Shown here piece after piece: positions 24,181 to 25,303 of a stretch of DNA of 25,303 bases. Made by a program: the position numbers and the translations under genes. Numbering within the stretch: position 1 is the first letter of the stretch; each line of letters opens with the position of its first letter. The notes below the pieces were generated by a model. The model had not been told where the DNA came from. It made no database searches and worked only from the letters and a program-made list of their open reading frames with translations. Location: positions 1-25,303 of IMG/VR virus record IMGVR_UViG_3300032233_001546; one strand, given 5' to 3'. The DNA is from a virus. Lineage: Duplodnaviria > Caudoviricetes.

Positions 24181-25109
24181 CTACCCCTCGCCGCGGAAGT
24201 GTCTCGCGGAGTGTACTTAAACGATGAGTACACTTGATTCGCGTATTTTATCCTAGGCTTATACGTTGAATCGTTGACGTCTACGTAGCTGTTTCGTTTC
24301 AAGCATGCTGGCTGCTCATAGAAGCACATAGCTTGTGTCGCTTCATCGACGGTAGTAGCCGCCATGATTTTAAAGAAAGCGCGCTCGTAGGTGCTATGAA
24401 ACTCATCCCACATGAATGAGATCTGTTGATCGAGCGTTGGACGCTGTCCATACTTTCTAAACATTATCTGTGGGCGGCCGCCGACGGTGTTCCACGAGCA
24501 GATGCCGTAGATCTTTCCACCGTTCGTATCAACTACGGGCTTATCGAACCCTGTGCTCGGATTGCAGTTGCTTTCCGCGAGTATGTTTCCCATGATTCCG
24601 GAAACTTGCATGTGTATGTTTCCACCCGACCTACCGCTCTTTTCGATCAACTCATAGATCATGTTGTAAGCTTGCTCGGCGTTGTTCTTTCCACTGATTC
24701 CAAGAGTCGAGAGTGGGACGCTGGTGTCGTTGCTACCACCGCCGGTGTCTCTACCGTCGCCAGCTGAACCGCCTGCAGGTGAAGCGCTTCCGAGGTTGCT
24801 TGAAGAAGCTATGCCTCCATTGAACACGCCGACAACAACAGGCTGCTGACAGTTTTCGCCGTCGGCAAAGAATCCAAACACCCATGTTCCAGTCTTTAAC
24901 CCGTGTGATAAGTTTCCGCCGGATGTTTGTCCACCCGTCGTTGGAAACAATACGATCGCGGGTTGAAGGTCGTCGTCCGACACATCGATGGTGTCGTCCA
25001 TCCTGTGAATGCCAAAGATTCGAACTCGAACGCGCGTGTTGTCGTAGTAGCTTCCTTTAACTACACCGACGAACCACTTAAAGTTGTCACCGTAAAAGTC
25101 GAAGCTCAC
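24177..25109 (-). CDS. gp5: gp5 N-terminal half: OB-fold plus phage tail lysozyme (Phage_lysozyme2-like) domain
   Basis: KWFVGVV...RVRVRIFGIH...L..GTWVFGFFADGENCQQPVVVG is the gp5 OB-fold. After a Gly/Ser linker, GIMGNILAES...YGICSWN...TLDQQISFMWDE...YEQP...RIKYANQVY matches the tail lysozyme family. The GTG start overlaps the upstream TGA. Confidence 0.85.
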   Translation of the reverse strand: MSFDFYGDNFKWFVGVVKGSYYDNTRVRVRIFGIHRMDDTIDVSDDDLQPAIVLFPTTGGQTSGGNLSHGLKTGTWVFGFFADGENCQQPVVVGVFNGGIASSSNLGSASPAGGSAGDGRDTGGGSNDTSVPLSTLGISGKNNAEQAYNMIYELIEKSGRSGGNIHMQVSGIMGNILAESNCNPSTGFDKPVVDTNGGKIYGICSWNTVGGRPQIMFRKYGQRPTLDQQISFMWDEFHSTYERAFFKIMAATTVDEATQAMCFYEQPACLKRNSYVDVNDSTYKPRIKYANQVYSSFKYTPRDTSAARGR

Positions 25110-25303
25110 CTGTTTCCTCGCTCCCTAAAGTACGACGCGTGATTGAGAGGTGCGTTGTAGGAGTCTTTGTTGACTCTAAGCGTGGTGTAAGTGAAGCCGT
25201 CGTTTCTTACTACGTTCTTAATCTCTGATATGATGAAGTATCCAGAAAGCTTCTGATCAACCAACGCGGCGTCGAACCCATGAAACTCAGGGATATTTAA
25301 CCA
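25106..25303 (-). CDS. 3' end of a baseplate hub/tail protein (gp27-like), 5'-truncated by the window edge; missing from the ORF track
   Basis: Manual translation: ...WLNIPEFHGFDAALVDQKLSGYFIISEIKNVVRNDGFTYTTLRVNKDSYNAPLNHASYFRERGNR*. The 'SG.Y/F.I..I.....T.L...KDS' ending is typical of hub proteins that precede gp5; GTGA overlap with gp5. Confidence 0.6.
   Translation of the reverse strand, partial: WLNIPEFHGFDAALVDQKLSGYFIISEIKNVVRNDGFTYTTLRVNKDSYNAPLNHASYFRERGNR

Noticed and set aside
295-25142. Numerous short plus-strand and off-frame ORFs in the track (e.g. 295..519, 2028..2417, 3183..3917, 11429..11764, 19742..20152, 23358..23834)
   Set aside because: They are antisense or alternate-frame shadows of well-supported genes, have no recognisable motifs, and are expected from the codon bias of the real genes.
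1-25303. tRNA genes, introns/inteins, homing endonucleases, intrinsic terminators, stop-codon reassignment
   Set aside because: Intergenic gaps are 9 nt or less, no such motifs were seen, and genes reach plausible lengths under the standard code with TAA, TGA and TAG all serving as stops.

Overview
This window is part of the late structural module of a large T4-like myovirus (baseplate and tail region). The gene order resembles T4-like phages of cyanobacteria and alphaproteobacteria, which carry a VrlC/DUF4815 protein, but the host cannot be determined from the window. Almost every gene is on the minus strand and tightly coupled. From right to left: the 3' end of a gp27-like hub gene; a gp5 split in two (OB-fold plus lysozyme; beta-helix plus M15-type peptidase) with an apparently inactive T7-lysozyme-like amidase between the halves; a 670-aa Ala/Gly/Ser-rich unknown; gp25, gp6, gp7; an 813-aa fibre; gp8; a 1913-aa VrlC-like protein; a 64-aa coiled-coil protein; a 204-aa short fibre; a 365-aa protein with 24 in-register Y-[ST]-G-x tetrapeptides; and a Tfa-like chaperone. 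An enzyme cluster follows without a gap: four GT-A-type (DxD) glycosyltransferases and a 2OG-Fe(II) oxygenase-like protein with an atypical H-x-N motif. The best candidate for an undescribed system is this fibre/tip protein + oxygenase + multi-glycosyltransferase cassette, inferred to hydroxylate and glycosylate the virion's own fibre tip. One glycosyltransferase is inverted and shares its CATG start with its divergent neighbour. All family assignments come from motif recognition by eye; no searches were run.
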